Under the pieces are notes generated by a model. The model did no database searches and was not told where the DNA came from. It worked only from the letters and a program-made list of their open reading frames with translations. Shown one piece after another: positions 25,509 through 34,758 of a DNA stretch of 64,000 bases (position 1 is its first letter; every line of letters begins with the position of its first letter). Made by a program: the position numbers and the translations under genes. The stretch is from an uncultured Gammaproteobacteria bacterium (GTDB lineage Bacteria; Patescibacteriota; Patescibacteriia; Patescibacteriales; GWC2-42-12), in contig CAYSKV010000004.1 of assembly GCA_964431805.1 (NCBI GenBank), positions 12,201 to 76,200 on the forward strand. Reading direction: 5' to 3'.

Positions 25509-26177
25509 TTATTTTTTAAGTTCCTCTATGATTTTAATAAAAGTGCCAAGCGGTATATTACCTTCAATTTTATAGCCGTTAATAAAATAAGTTGGCGTGC
25601 CGCTAATTCCGAATTCTTGTCCGTCTGTTAAATCTTTTTTTATTTGTGTTAGATATTTTTGTTGGTTTAGACAATCATTAAATCTTGTTGTGTCGGCGCC
25701 TATTTGGTTAGCCAGAGCTGAAAGTTGATTGACCGAACTTATGCCTTGATTTTGAAATAATTTATCGTGCATGGGCCAAAATAAACCTTGTTCGCCCGCG
25801 CACCTACCGCCTAAGGCCAATAACGCAGAATAATCAGCGACTATCGGGTAGTCACGCCAAATATATTTTATATCGTTTTTATATTTTAAACTAATTTCTC
25901 TAATAGTTGGAAAGGCTTGTTCGCAGTTCGTGCAAGCAAAATCTCCAAATTCAACAATAGTTATTGGTGCTTTAGTTGAGCCTAGCCAATAATGATCGTC
26001 ATCTGCCGCATTATATTGTTGTCCGCTTAATTTAACGCCAGAGCTTTTTTGGGCAGTTTTAACGCTTTCATAAATATAAAAACCAATTGCTACTAAAAAA
26101 ATTAAGGCTATAGTTAAAAAAATAATAACTAATATGCCCCACCAGGCTTTAAACCAAGGTTTATCGGTGTATTCCAT
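25509..26177 (-). CDS. Membrane-anchored DsbA-like thiol:disulfide oxidoreductase
   Basis: N-terminal TM helix. CxxC active site in FGDFACTNCEQAF. C-terminal GISGTPTYFING, typical of DsbA-family thioredoxin folds. Confidence 0.8.
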   Translation of the reverse strand: MEYTDKPWFKAWWGILVIIFLTIALIFLVAIGFYIYESVKTAQKSSGVKLSGQQYNAADDDHYWLGSTKAPITIVEFGDFACTNCEQAFPTIREISLKYKNDIKYIWRDYPIVADYSALLALGGRCAGEQGLFWPMHDKLFQNQGISSVNQLSALANQIGADTTRFNDCLNQQKYLTQIKKDLTDGQEFGISGTPTYFINGYKIEGNIPLGTFIKIIEELKK

Positions 26178-26217
26178 TGATATTTTTACTTAACTGTTTT
26201 ATTATAAAGTTATAAAT

Positions 26218-26245
26218 ATTATAACATTTATTTATGAATAAACAA
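26218..26245 (-). promoter_or_regulatory. Promoter candidate for the dsbA-like/por operon
   Basis: On the minus strand: TTGTTT (26245-26240), 16-nt spacer, TG-extended TATAAT (26223-26218). Confidence 0.4.
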
Positions 26246-26371
26246 AATTTATATAAGTTAGAACAAGAATTAGAAAAACGGCAAAAAATCAAGGAAAAAC
26301 GGAAAAGAAAGCTCATGGTAGTAAGCGGCGGCTCGGTTAAGAAGCTACAAAGGATTATTATTGCAAAATAA
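26234..26371 (+). CDS. Possible 45-aa Lys/Arg-rich small protein
   Basis: ATG 26234 to TAA 26369-26371. MNKQNLYKLEQELEKRQKIKEKRKRKLMVVSGGSVKKLQRIIIAK. Below the ORF-track cutoff, no SD, no family recognised. Confidence 0.25.
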   Translation: MNKQNLYKLEQELEKRQKIKEKRKRKLMVVSGGSVKKLQRIIIAK

Positions 26372-26388
26372 TTTGACTGATGTATAAT
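26361..26388 (+). promoter_or_regulatory. sigma70-type promoter for the decarboxylase gene
   Basis: TTGCAA (26361-26366), 16-nt spacer, TATAAT (26383-26388). Confidence 0.55.
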
Positions 26389-26472
26389 TAAACCACGCTG
26401 CTTTGGCGGCTCTTAATTTTTAATAATAAGAAATTTCAAAGGCTTAAAACCAGAAAAATTTTCAGAAGCCAT

Positions 26473-27843
26473 ATGACAAAATATAAAAAGTTTTCTAATT
26501 TTTGGAAATTAGGCGAAGAGCAGTTTAATACTGAATCTTTTGGTATTTCTAATGACGGTGAATTAGTAGTGCGAGAAGGGAATTATCAATACAATATTTT
26601 TGATTTGGTAAAAAAATTTGGCGCGCCGTTAGAAATTGCTTTTCCCTTTATCGTAGAAAAGCGTTATTTAGAATTGGTGCAGACTTTTAATTTTTATATT
26701 AAAAAACATAATTATAAAGGCAGATTTTTTTACCATTATCCAATGAAGGTTAATCAGAATAAGGAATTTGTTTTGCCATTGATTTCAGAAGGTGCGAATC
26801 TTGAAACCGCTTCATATAATGAATTATGGTTAGTCAGAAAACTTTGGGAGCAGGATCAATTTCATTCACGCATCCGCGTTATTTGTAATGGTCCAAAAAC
26901 CGATAAATATTTAGCTTTAATCCAGGAATTAAAAGAAAAAGGTTTGTTTATTATTCCTATTATAGAAGATGTAACCGAATATGAAGCTTTAAGAAAATTC
27001 AAAGGCGATGTTGGCATTAGAATGAAAATGGAAATAAAAACTAAATCACATTGGAATAAAAAAAATGACCGCTATGGCTTGTCGCCGGAAGAAATTTTTG
27101 ATTTGGGTCGAGTGCGCAATTTGAAAATTTTACATTATCATATGGGTTCGCAAAGCATGAGTCAAGACGGTATTATCGAAGCTGTAAAAACTGCGGCAAA
27201 AGTTTATGCTAAGTTGAAAAAGAATAATCCTACACTTGATACTTTAAATATTGGCGGTGGCATGGCCATTCCATATGAAAAAAGGAAACATTACAGCACG
27301 GCTAACGTAGTTAATAGAATAATTACCACTATTAAAAAAGTTTGCACAGATCAGGAAATTTCTCATCCAAATATTATTGCTGAATGGGGTAGATATATTA
27401 TGGCTCCAGCGCAAATAACCATTTTTAAAGTTTTATGTCAGAAGCCAATTGCTAAAGCCATGGCTAAAAAATGGTATGTTATTGATGGTAGTTTTATGAA
27501 TGATTTAATTGATACTTGGGCGATTCATCAAAAATGGCATATTGTTCCGGTTAATAATATGACGGCGGAAAAATTATCTAGAGTTTGGTTAGCTGGCGCT
27601 TCTTGCGATTCAGATGATTGTTATACTGCAGGCGGCGGACAAATTCTTTTGCCGCGCCTAGAGGATGCTAATGGAGATTATCAATATATAGCTTTATTTG
27701 ATTCAGGAGCCTATCAAGACGCTTTAGCTTCGCACCATTGTCTTCTATCTTCACCGGCTAAAGTTATTGCTCAAAACGGTATTTTAACCATAGCTAGACG
27801 TCGTGAATCAGCTGATGAAGTTGGCAAGTTATTTGGTTGGTAA
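26473..27843 (+). CDS. PLP-dependent Orn/DAP/Arg decarboxylase-fold enzyme, short arginine decarboxylase (SpeA)-like
   Basis: The N-terminal region resembles SpeA (FGAPLEIAFPFIVEKRY..., YHYPMKVNQNKEFV with the PLP lysine). GGGMAIPY glycine-rich loop. 456 aa is shorter than classical SpeA. Confidence 0.6.
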   Translation: MTKYKKFSNFWKLGEEQFNTESFGISNDGELVVREGNYQYNIFDLVKKFGAPLEIAFPFIVEKRYLELVQTFNFYIKKHNYKGRFFYHYPMKVNQNKEFVLPLISEGANLETASYNELWLVRKLWEQDQFHSRIRVICNGPKTDKYLALIQELKEKGLFIIPIIEDVTEYEALRKFKGDVGIRMKMEIKTKSHWNKKNDRYGLSPEEIFDLGRVRNLKILHYHMGSQSMSQDGIIEAVKTAAKVYAKLKKNNPTLDTLNIGGGMAIPYEKRKHYSTANVVNRIITTIKKVCTDQEISHPNIIAEWGRYIMAPAQITIFKVLCQKPIAKAMAKKWYVIDGSFMNDLIDTWAIHQKWHIVPVNNMTAEKLSRVWLAGASCDSDDCYTAGGGQILLPRLEDANGDYQYIALFDSGAYQDALASHHCLLSSPAKVIAQNGILTIARRRESADEVGKLFGW

Positions 27844-27855
27844 AATTAGTTTTTC

Positions 27856-27885
27856 TGTCATTCCGGCCGCCGAGCCGGAATCTAG
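27856..27885. repeat. GTCATT-type palindromic hairpin unit
   Basis: CTGTCATTCCGGC-CGCCGA-GCCGGAATC with an 8-bp stem at 27860-27867 / 27874-27881. It shares the TGTCATT...AATC frame with the element at 6799-6937. Confidence 0.6.
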
Positions 27886-27970
27886 AGTTCGGTGAAACAA
27901 GTTTGGTGTTATCTATTTTCTAAGTAGACAGTCTAATGAGTTTATTATACTTTTTATTAATATAATTATT

Positions 27971-28136
27971 CGTGCCGCTCCGCTAGGGGTTACTTTCTTA
28001 TAATTAAGAAAGTAACCAAAGAACTTTTGGGGTGCCTCAATGCGCTATCACTTTGATTAATTTTTTTATGCTCACACCTTGGCGCTTATTCGTCACCCCA
28101 AACCCCGGGGTGATTTTAAATATATAGTTTTATTTT
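27971..28136 (-). ncRNA. Candidate structured RNA / repeat element, copy B (homolog of 8081-8236)
   Basis: The reverse complement aligns end to end with copy A. Shared features are the 5' TTTAAAATCACC, an outer stem (GGGGTG/CACCCC versus GGGGAGT/ACTCCCC), a 3' hairpin (GTTACTTTCTT/AAGAAAGTAAC versus CTTACTTTTT/AAAAAGTAAG) and the tail CCTAGCG(G/A)AGCG(G/A)CACG. Confidence 0.5.
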
Positions 28137-28142
28137 TTGTAT

Positions 28143-28910
28143 ATGAAAATAATTTCTTGGAATGTAAATGGTATACGAGCAGTAGTTAAAAAAGGCTTTA
28201 CTAATTTTTTAAAAAAACAAAAGCCGGATATTTTGTGTTTGCAGGAAATTAAAATAAATGACGAGGCTAGAATGAAAGAGCAATTTGATTTTAGAGATTA
28301 TCAAGAATATTGGCATCCGGCCGAGAAACCTGGTTATAGCGGTACAGCGGTGCTTGTTAAAAATAATTTACCTGTTGTAAGTATAAAAAATGGTATAGGA
28401 AATAAAAAATTTGATCGTGAGGGTAGGGTGCAAACTTTGGAATTTAAAAATTTTTATTTAATTAACGCTTATTTTCCTAATAGTAACCATGAGTTAACTC
28501 GGCTTGATTTTAAATTGGAGTTTAATAAAGCATTTCATAAATATGCAAATAAACTGGCGAAGAAAAAGCCGCTGATTATGGGCGGTGATTTTAATGTGGC
28601 ACACGAAGAAATTGATTTGGCGCGTCCAAAAGATAATATTGGCAATCCGGGATTTACCGATCAAGAACGGACTTGGATGACAAAATTTTTAAATTCCGGC
28701 TACATTGACACCTATAGATATTTAAATAAAAATAAAGTTCAATATTCTTGGTGGGGCTACCGTTTTAACTCGCGCGCTAGAAACATCGGCTGGCGCATTG
28801 ATTATTTTTGTGTCCCCGAGAAAATGAAGGAACAAATTAAAAATGCTTTTATTTTGGATAAAATAATGGGGTCTGACCATTGTCCGATTGGTATCGAAAT
28901 AAAATTTTAA
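28143..28910 (+). CDS. xth: Exodeoxyribonuclease III (AP endonuclease)
   Basis: MKIISWNVNGIRA start at ATG 28143, CLQEIK, and C-terminal GSDHCPI. Confidence 0.93.
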   Translation: MKIISWNVNGIRAVVKKGFTNFLKKQKPDILCLQEIKINDEARMKEQFDFRDYQEYWHPAEKPGYSGTAVLVKNNLPVVSIKNGIGNKKFDREGRVQTLEFKNFYLINAYFPNSNHELTRLDFKLEFNKAFHKYANKLAKKKPLIMGGDFNVAHEEIDLARPKDNIGNPGFTDQERTWMTKFLNSGYIDTYRYLNKNKVQYSWWGYRFNSRARNIGWRIDYFCVPEKMKEQIKNAFILDKIMGSDHCPIGIEIKF

Positions 28911-28954
28911 TTTAGCTTGCCTTTTAGCCAATTTTAGTATAAAATTAGTGTATT

Positions 28955-31822
28955 ATGGAAAAATATAATCATAAAAAAATAGAAGATAAATGGCGGGAAA
29001 AATGGGAAAAAGAGAAATTATATAAAACCGGCGAAGATAAAGCCAAGCCCAAATTTTATATTTTGGATATGTTTCCTTATCCTTCGGGCGCTGGCCTTCA
29101 TGTTGGCCATCCCAAAGGTTATATTGCTACGGATATTTTTGCTCGCGCTAAAATGATGCAAGGGTACAACGTGCTTCATCCTATGGGTTGGGATGCTTTT
29201 GGTTTGCCGGCAGAAAATTATGCTATTCAAAATAAAATTCATCCAAGAGTTGCCACAGAAAAAAATGTAGAAACTTTTAAAAGTCAGTTAAAAAAATTAG
29301 GTTTTACTTATGATTGGGATCGAGAGATAAACACCACCGATCCGGGATTTTATAAATGGACACAATGGGCATTTATAAAAATGTTTGAGCGTGGCCTAGC
29401 TTATGAATCAAACGAGCCGGTTAATTGGTGTCCGAGCTGTAAAACGGTTTTATCTAACGAAGATTTAGAAAATGGCAAATGTGAACGCTGCGGTTCTGAG
29501 ATTGAAAGAAAGCCGATGCGACAATGGGTTTTAAAAATTACTGATTACGCCGAAAGAATGTTAAATGATTTAGAAAAATTGCCATATTGGGAAGAGTCAA
29601 TTAAAGAAATGCAAAAAAATTGGATCGGCCGATCAGAAGGCGCGGAAGTTGATTTTGAAATTAACGGCGAAAAAGTAACGGTGTTTACTACGCGACCGGA
29701 TACTTTGTTCGGCGCGACGTTTTTTGTTATGGCGCCTGAACATCCATTAGTTAAAAAAATAACTACTGCTGAACAAAAATCACAAGTAGAAAAATATATT
29801 AAAGAAGCAGCTAGCAAGTCCGACATGGAAAGAACGGAATTAGCTAAAGAAAAAACCGGTGTATTTACTGGAGCTTATGCGATTAATCCAGTTAATCAAG
29901 AAAAAATTCCGGTTTACATTGCTGATTATGTGATGATGGGATATGGCACGGGCGCAATTATGGCCGTGCCGGCGCACGATGAAAGAGATTGGGAGTTTGC
30001 CAAAAAATATGACATACCGATTAAACAAGTTGTGGCGCCATATTTTTCAATTAATGATGGTCCGGACGCCGTACGTTCTGATAAAAAAACCGTAAAACGA
30101 TATACCGCTTATTCTCTCGTAAAACATTGTAAAAAAGATGAATATTTATGTTTAGATTGGGAAAAATTTGGTTGGCATTCAGGAATTATCGGCGGCATTG
30201 ACGAAGGTGAAGATTCTATAGAATCAGCCAAGCGAGAAATTATTGAAGAAACTGGCTATAAAAATATTCGCTTAGTAAAAGATCTGGGCATGGAAACTCA
30301 TAATAATTTTTACGCTGCCCATAAAAATGAAAATCGTTATGCTTTTGGTCCGGCCTTTTTGTTTGAATTAATAGATGAAGAGCAAGAACCGACTAGCGAA
30401 GAGCATACGAAAAATCATAAGGCTGTTTGGGTTAAAAAAGAAGACATGTCGACATTTTTAAATTTAGCTAATTTTGTTTATTTTTGGAAAATTTTGCAAG
30501 GTCAGGAAAGTTTTTGTTTTGCTGATAATGGCGTCGCGACTAATTCAGGTTTTTTAAATGATTTAGAAACTAAAACTGCCAAAGAAAAAATTATTAAATG
30601 GCTAGAAGAAAAAAAATTAGGTAAACGAGCGATAAATTATAAAATAAAAGATTGGGTGTTTTCTAGACAAAGATATTGGGGCGAGCCGATTCCGATTGTG
30701 CATTGCGAAAAGTGCGGTAATGTAGCCGTACCGGAAAATGAGTTACCATTAAAATTGCCGGAAGTAAAAAATTATGAACCGACCGGAACTGGCGAGTCGC
30801 CGCTAGCTAATATAAAAGAATGGGTAAATACAAAATGTCCGAAATGCGGCGGACCGGCTAAAAGAGAAACTAATACTATGCCGCAATGGGCTGGGTCAAG
30901 CTGGTATTATTTAAGATATATTGATCCGCATAATGATAAAGCTTTAATTGAAAAGGGGAAAGATAAATATTGGTCGCCGGTTGATTTTTATGTAGGCGGC
31001 GCTGAGCATGCCACGCGCCATTTAATTTACGCGCGTTTCTGGCATAAATTTTTGTTTGATATTGGCGTGGTAAATTACGACGAACCATTTACTCGTTTAC
31101 AACATGTCGGTTTAATTTTAGCCGAAGACGGACGTAAAATGAGTAAGCGCTGGATGAATGTTATTAATCCGGACGAGGTCGTAGAAAAATACGGCGCTGA
31201 TGCTATGCGCGTTTATGAAATGTTTATGGGGCCATTTTCCCAACCTTGCGCTTGGAGCACTAACGGACTAATCGGCGCTAGAAGATTTTTAGAAAATGTT
31301 TATAAATTAAAAGATAAACAATTATATGATTGCCAAGCAGATAGTTATATAAAAGAATTAGGCATGCCGCAAATGATTCATAAAACTATAAAAAAAGTTA
31401 GCGAAGATATTGAAAATTTTCGTTATAATACAGCTATTGCCCAGATGATGATTTTTGTAAATTTTGCTGTTAAGTTTGATGAACTACCGCGCGAAGTTTT
31501 TGAGAATTTTTTAAAGCTTTTAGCTCCGTTTGCGCCGCATTTAGCTGAAGAATTATGGGCTGAAATTGGCAATAAAGAATCTATTTTTAAACAAGCCTGG
31601 CCAAAATATAATCCGGCCTTAGTTAAAGATGAAACTATAAATTTAGTTATTCAAATTAATGGGAAGATTCGTGATACTATCGAAGTTTCGGCTGATATTA
31701 GCGAAGAAGAAGCAAAAAAAATAGCTCTAGAAAGCGAAAAAGTTAAAAAATGGCTTGAAGGTAAAGAGACAATAAAAGTTATTTTTGTGAAAGGGAAATT
31801 AGTTAATATAGTTATTAAATAA
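28955..31822 (+). CDS. leuS: Leucine--tRNA ligase with an inserted NUDIX-hydrolase-like domain
   Basis: HIGH motif (HVGHPKGY), KMSKS motif (KMSKRW), editing-domain end [16 protein letters not shown]. At 955 aa it is about 100-150 aa longer than typical bacterial LeuRS. NUDIX box at aa 413-435. Confidence 0.95.
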   Translation: MEKYNHKKIEDKWREKWEKEKLYKTGEDKAKPKFYILDMFPYPSGAGLHVGHPKGYIATDIFARAKMMQGYNVLHPMGWDAFGLPAENYAIQNKIHPRVATEKNVETFKSQLKKLGFTYDWDREINTTDPGFYKWTQWAFIKMFERGLAYESNEPVNWCPSCKTVLSNEDLENGKCERCGSEIERKPMRQWVLKITDYAERMLNDLEKLPYWEESIKEMQKNWIGRSEGAEVDFEINGEKVTVFTTRPDTLFGATFFVMAPEHPLVKKITTAEQKSQVEKYIKEAASKSDMERTELAKEKTGVFTGAYAINPVNQEKIPVYIADYVMMGYGTGAIMAVPAHDERDWEFAKKYDIPIKQVVAPYFSINDGPDAVRSDKKTVKRYTAYSLVKHCKKDEYLCLDWEKFGWHSGIIGGIDEGEDSIESAKREIIEETGYKNIRLVKDLGMETHNNFYAAHKNENRYAFGPAFLFELIDEEQEPTSEEHTKNHKAVWVKKEDMSTFLNLANFVYFWKILQGQESFCFADNGVATNSGFLNDLETKTAKEKIIKWLEEKKLGKRAINYKIKDWVFSRQRYWGEPIPIVHCEKCGNVAVPENELPLKLPEVKNYEPTGTGESPLANIKEWVNTKCPKCGGPAKRETNTMPQWAGSSWYYLRYIDPHNDKALIEKGKDKYWSPVDFYVGGAEHATRHLIYARFWHKFLFDIGVVNYDEPFTRLQHVGLILAEDGRKMSKRWMNVINPDEVVEKYGADAMRVYEMFMGPFSQPCAWSTNGLIGARRFLENVYKLKDKQLYDCQADSYIKELGMPQMIHKTIKKVSEDIENFRYNTAIAQMMIFVNFAVKFDELPREVFENFLKLLAPFAPHLAEELWAEIGNKESIFKQAWPKYNPALVKDETINLVIQINGKIRDTIEVSADISEEEAKKIALESEKVKKWLEGKETIKVIFVKGKLVNIVIK

Positions 31823-31832
31823 ATAAAAATTT

Positions 31833-32258
31833 ATGCTTTGGTTATTATTTTTAGGATTTACAATTGTTGCTTGGACTGTAAATGATGTTTTTTTTAAACT
31901 TCTAGGCAATCAAATGAATTATTTTTTAGCGTTATTTATTATAGCATTAAGCCAACTTGTAGTAGCTATTCCTTTTTTAGTTTATGCGATGTCTAGAGGT
32001 GAATTGGATTATTCAGCTAAAGGTTTTTATATTTCTGGTTTAATCGGTGTTTCTTTAGCCTTAGGAACTATTTTTTTCTTTTATACTTTTAAGTTTGGCG
32101 CGCCTCTTTCGGTTGCCATGTCAGTATATGGTATTGGTAGTATCATAGTGGGTGCTTTAGCGGGAGTTTTTATTTTTAAAGAAGTTATTAGTCCAACTGT
32201 TCTAGTGGGTATGGTTTTAGGGGCTGTTAGCATAATTTTATTAACGGTAAAATTATAG
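31833..32258 (+). CDS. Small EamA/DMT-like membrane protein
   Basis: 141 aa with 4-5 TM segments; resembles a single EamA domain. Confidence 0.5.
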   Translation: MLWLLFLGFTIVAWTVNDVFFKLLGNQMNYFLALFIIALSQLVVAIPFLVYAMSRGELDYSAKGFYISGLIGVSLALGTIFFFYTFKFGAPLSVAMSVYGIGSIIVGALAGVFIFKEVISPTVLVGMVLGAVSIILLTVKL

Positions 32259-32264
32259 AATATT

Positions 32265-32301
32265 AAAAAACACACTTCTTATAACGAGAAGTGTGTTTTT
32301 A
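32265..32301. terminator. Bidirectional terminator
   Basis: ACACACTTCT (32270-32279) / AGAAGTGTGT (32287-32296), with an A-run before and a T-run after; lies between convergent genes. Confidence 0.85.
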
Positions 32302-32314
32302 TTTAAATTATTTT

Positions 32315-33301
32315 TTATAAATTCGTCATTAACCAAGTTCCGTCGGACTGTTTTTTAACGTAATATTTTATTTCGATTTTTTCACCCTGAAAATAAACGT
32401 AATTATGATAAATTTTCTCTGTTGCGGTGGCAGTTAATAAACTTGAACCAGTAAGCATTTCGCTCCAAACTAATTTATTTTCTGAACTAAGAAAGTTCAT
32501 AGTGTATTTAATGGTTGATGCGAGATTAGAAGTGAAATAAGCTGCAACTTTATCAGTTTCATTGCTTCTTATAGCTTCGCCGGCTTTATAGATTGTTTGG
32601 TCAGTATCCGTATTAACCGTGTTAGTTTGGCTTGTGTTATTAGAAGAAGATGATGAAGTAGCGGCAGTAGTTTGTTGATTATTAAAATAGCCAGTAATAA
32701 TTTTATTTATATCATTATTACTAATACCCAGGCCCAATTTTTTCATTATTATAAAAGTTTCATCGGGCGAACCTAAATAATAGCGTTTACTATCGGAGGG
32801 GTTTATATACCAAGCTTGTCCGCGGTTTTCTACTTGTAAAAAAATTTTTCCTAGATTATTTTTAATTATTTTTTCGTCAGGTATAATTTTTTCTGAACCG
32901 ATTGGGTTATAAAAATTGATAATTTCTGTTTTATCGTCAAAACCATCGTCATCAGAATCTTTTTTATTAGAGTCAGTTCCTATTGCTAATTCTAAATTAT
33001 TCGGCAGTCCGTCGCTATCATCGTCAACGCCAGAGTAGTCGGTTAAACCAACAGAAATTTTATTTAAATTATTATTAGTTATTCCAATGCCAAAAGCTCG
33101 TAGTAAATTAAATGCGTCTTTTGGTCCGCCAAGAAAATATTTTTTTAAATCAATTGGGTTTAAATACCAGGCTTCGCCGTGAGATTGAACTTGAAGTAAA
33201 ATTTTACCGGTTATTTTTTGAATAAAACTAGTATAAGCCTTTGCGGGTAAGGTTAATATAATAAAAAAAATAAAGATGGTAATTATATATTTTTTGAGCA
33301 T
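32315..33301 (-). CDS. Secreted repeat protein with Asp-rich calcium-binding-like linkers
   Basis: Signal peptide. Two copies of a ~55-aa module (GKILLQVQSHGEAWYLNP...GIGITNNNLNKI and GKIFLQVENRGQAWYINP...GLGISNNDINKI), each followed by a DxDxDG-type stretch. Confidence 0.6.
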   Translation of the reverse strand: MLKKYIITIFIFFIILTLPAKAYTSFIQKITGKILLQVQSHGEAWYLNPIDLKKYFLGGPKDAFNLLRAFGIGITNNNLNKISVGLTDYSGVDDDSDGLPNNLELAIGTDSNKKDSDDDGFDDKTEIINFYNPIGSEKIIPDEKIIKNNLGKIFLQVENRGQAWYINPSDSKRYYLGSPDETFIIMKKLGLGISNNDINKIITGYFNNQQTTAATSSSSSNNTSQTNTVNTDTDQTIYKAGEAIRSNETDKVAAYFTSNLASTIKYTMNFLSSENKLVWSEMLTGSSLLTATATEKIYHNYVYFQGEKIEIKYYVKKQSDGTWLMTNL

Positions 33302-33347
33302 TTTAAATAATTATGGTATAATATAGTTAATAAATTAATAAAAAATT

Positions 33348-33851
33348 ATGTCTAAAAGGCGTAAAATACAATTAATAAGCTTACTAGTTATAATTTTGTT
33401 AGCGATTTTTTTAACTCCGAGGGTGGTAGATTATTTTCAATATAGAAATGTAGTTGCCGAAGCGGCTGGTTCAAGCTATCCTTGGCAATGCGGCGCATAT
33501 CAAGTGGCAGCAGTTGTAAGTACGTGCGCGGTTGTTAATGGAGTTTGTACTTGCGCTTCTTGCACTGCTGATGCTTGTAATAATTATAGTATGATGACTT
33601 TTACTGGTCAGCAAAATTGCGGGGCTACTTATGCGTGTATTAGTAATTTGGTTCAAGTAAAAGGTGGCGCTACAACTTTAATGGAGTGCGCGGGTAAGCA
33701 AGCTATACTCGCCGGTACTACCAATATTAATATGATGGCTCCTAATGCTTTAGTGGCTTGCCCAGGTTCTGTTGCAGCTAACAATATGGATAAATTTGTA
33801 AATTGGTTTGATAAATATATTATAGCAGGTTTCAAAGATAAAATTAAATAA
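33348..33851 (+). CDS. Hypothetical Cys-rich membrane-anchored/exported protein
   Basis: 167 aa with an N-terminal TM helix and many cysteines (TCAVVNGVCTCASCTADAC). No family recognised. Confidence 0.55.
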   Translation: MSKRRKIQLISLLVIILLAIFLTPRVVDYFQYRNVVAEAAGSSYPWQCGAYQVAAVVSTCAVVNGVCTCASCTADACNNYSMMTFTGQQNCGATYACISNLVQVKGGATTLMECAGKQAILAGTTNINMMAPNALVACPGSVAANNMDKFVNWFDKYIIAGFKDKIK

Positions 33852-33853
33852 GG

Positions 33854-34684
33854 ATGAATTTATTTGAACAAACTAAAGAGCTTTGTCGTCTCTACAATAT
33901 TAAACCTGCTCGTTCAAAAGGGCAGAATTTTTTAATTGAAGAAGAAATTTATGATCAGATGGCAAACGCGGCAGATTTACAAAATAATGATGTAATATTA
34001 GAAGTTGGTCCGGGTTTAGGTTTTTTAACGGCCAAGTTGGCGAAAAAGGTTAGCCGTGTAATTGCAGTAGAACTTGATGATAAATTGGCGAAGGTTTTAA
34101 AAACGGGGTTGTTAGCTAAAGAAATTAAGAATGTGGAAGTAATAAACGAAGATATATTAAAATTTTCACCAGCAAATTATAAATTACAAAATTATAAAAT
34201 TGTAGCGAATTTACCATACAATATTACTTCTATCTTTTTGCGTAAATTTCTAGAGTCTGAAAAGAAACCAGAATTTATGACCTTAATGCTGCAGAAAGAA
34301 GTAGCTGAAAGAATTTGCGCGCAACCAGGAAAGATGAGTTTGCTTTCCGTGTCGGTTCAATTTTATGCCAAACCGGAAATAATACAAATTGTACCTAAAG
34401 AAGATTTTTGGCCAAGTCCGGAAGTCGATAGCGCTATTATTAAAATTATATCTCATCCTAAACTTCTTCTTAACAAGGAAAAGGAGGAAAAAGATTTTTT
34501 TCGGTTAGTTAAATTCGGTTTTAGCGCTAAAAGAAAAATGTTAAAAAATAATTTAGCCGCCGGTTTTAAAATTGATCAAACCGAAGTTGAAAATAAAATA
34601 GTAAAAGCCGGACTTAATTCTAAAATTAGAGCTCAAGAATTATTGATTAATGATTGGTTAAAGTTATTAGATAATTTTAGTTAG
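33854..34684 (+). CDS. rsmA: 16S rRNA (adenine1518/1519-N6)-dimethyltransferase
   Basis: KGQNFL, SAM motif LEVGPGLGFLT, NLPYNITS. Confidence 0.93.
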   Translation: MNLFEQTKELCRLYNIKPARSKGQNFLIEEEIYDQMANAADLQNNDVILEVGPGLGFLTAKLAKKVSRVIAVELDDKLAKVLKTGLLAKEIKNVEVINEDILKFSPANYKLQNYKIVANLPYNITSIFLRKFLESEKKPEFMTLMLQKEVAERICAQPGKMSLLSVSVQFYAKPEIIQIVPKEDFWPSPEVDSAIIKIISHPKLLLNKEKEEKDFFRLVKFGFSAKRKMLKNNLAAGFKIDQTEVENKIVKAGLNSKIRAQELLINDWLKLLDNFS

Positions 34685-34758
34685 TTTTCTTTTTTTATCG
34701 CTATTTTATTATATTATTATTTTTTTATATCAGAATGAAATATTTAGGGTAATTTTTT

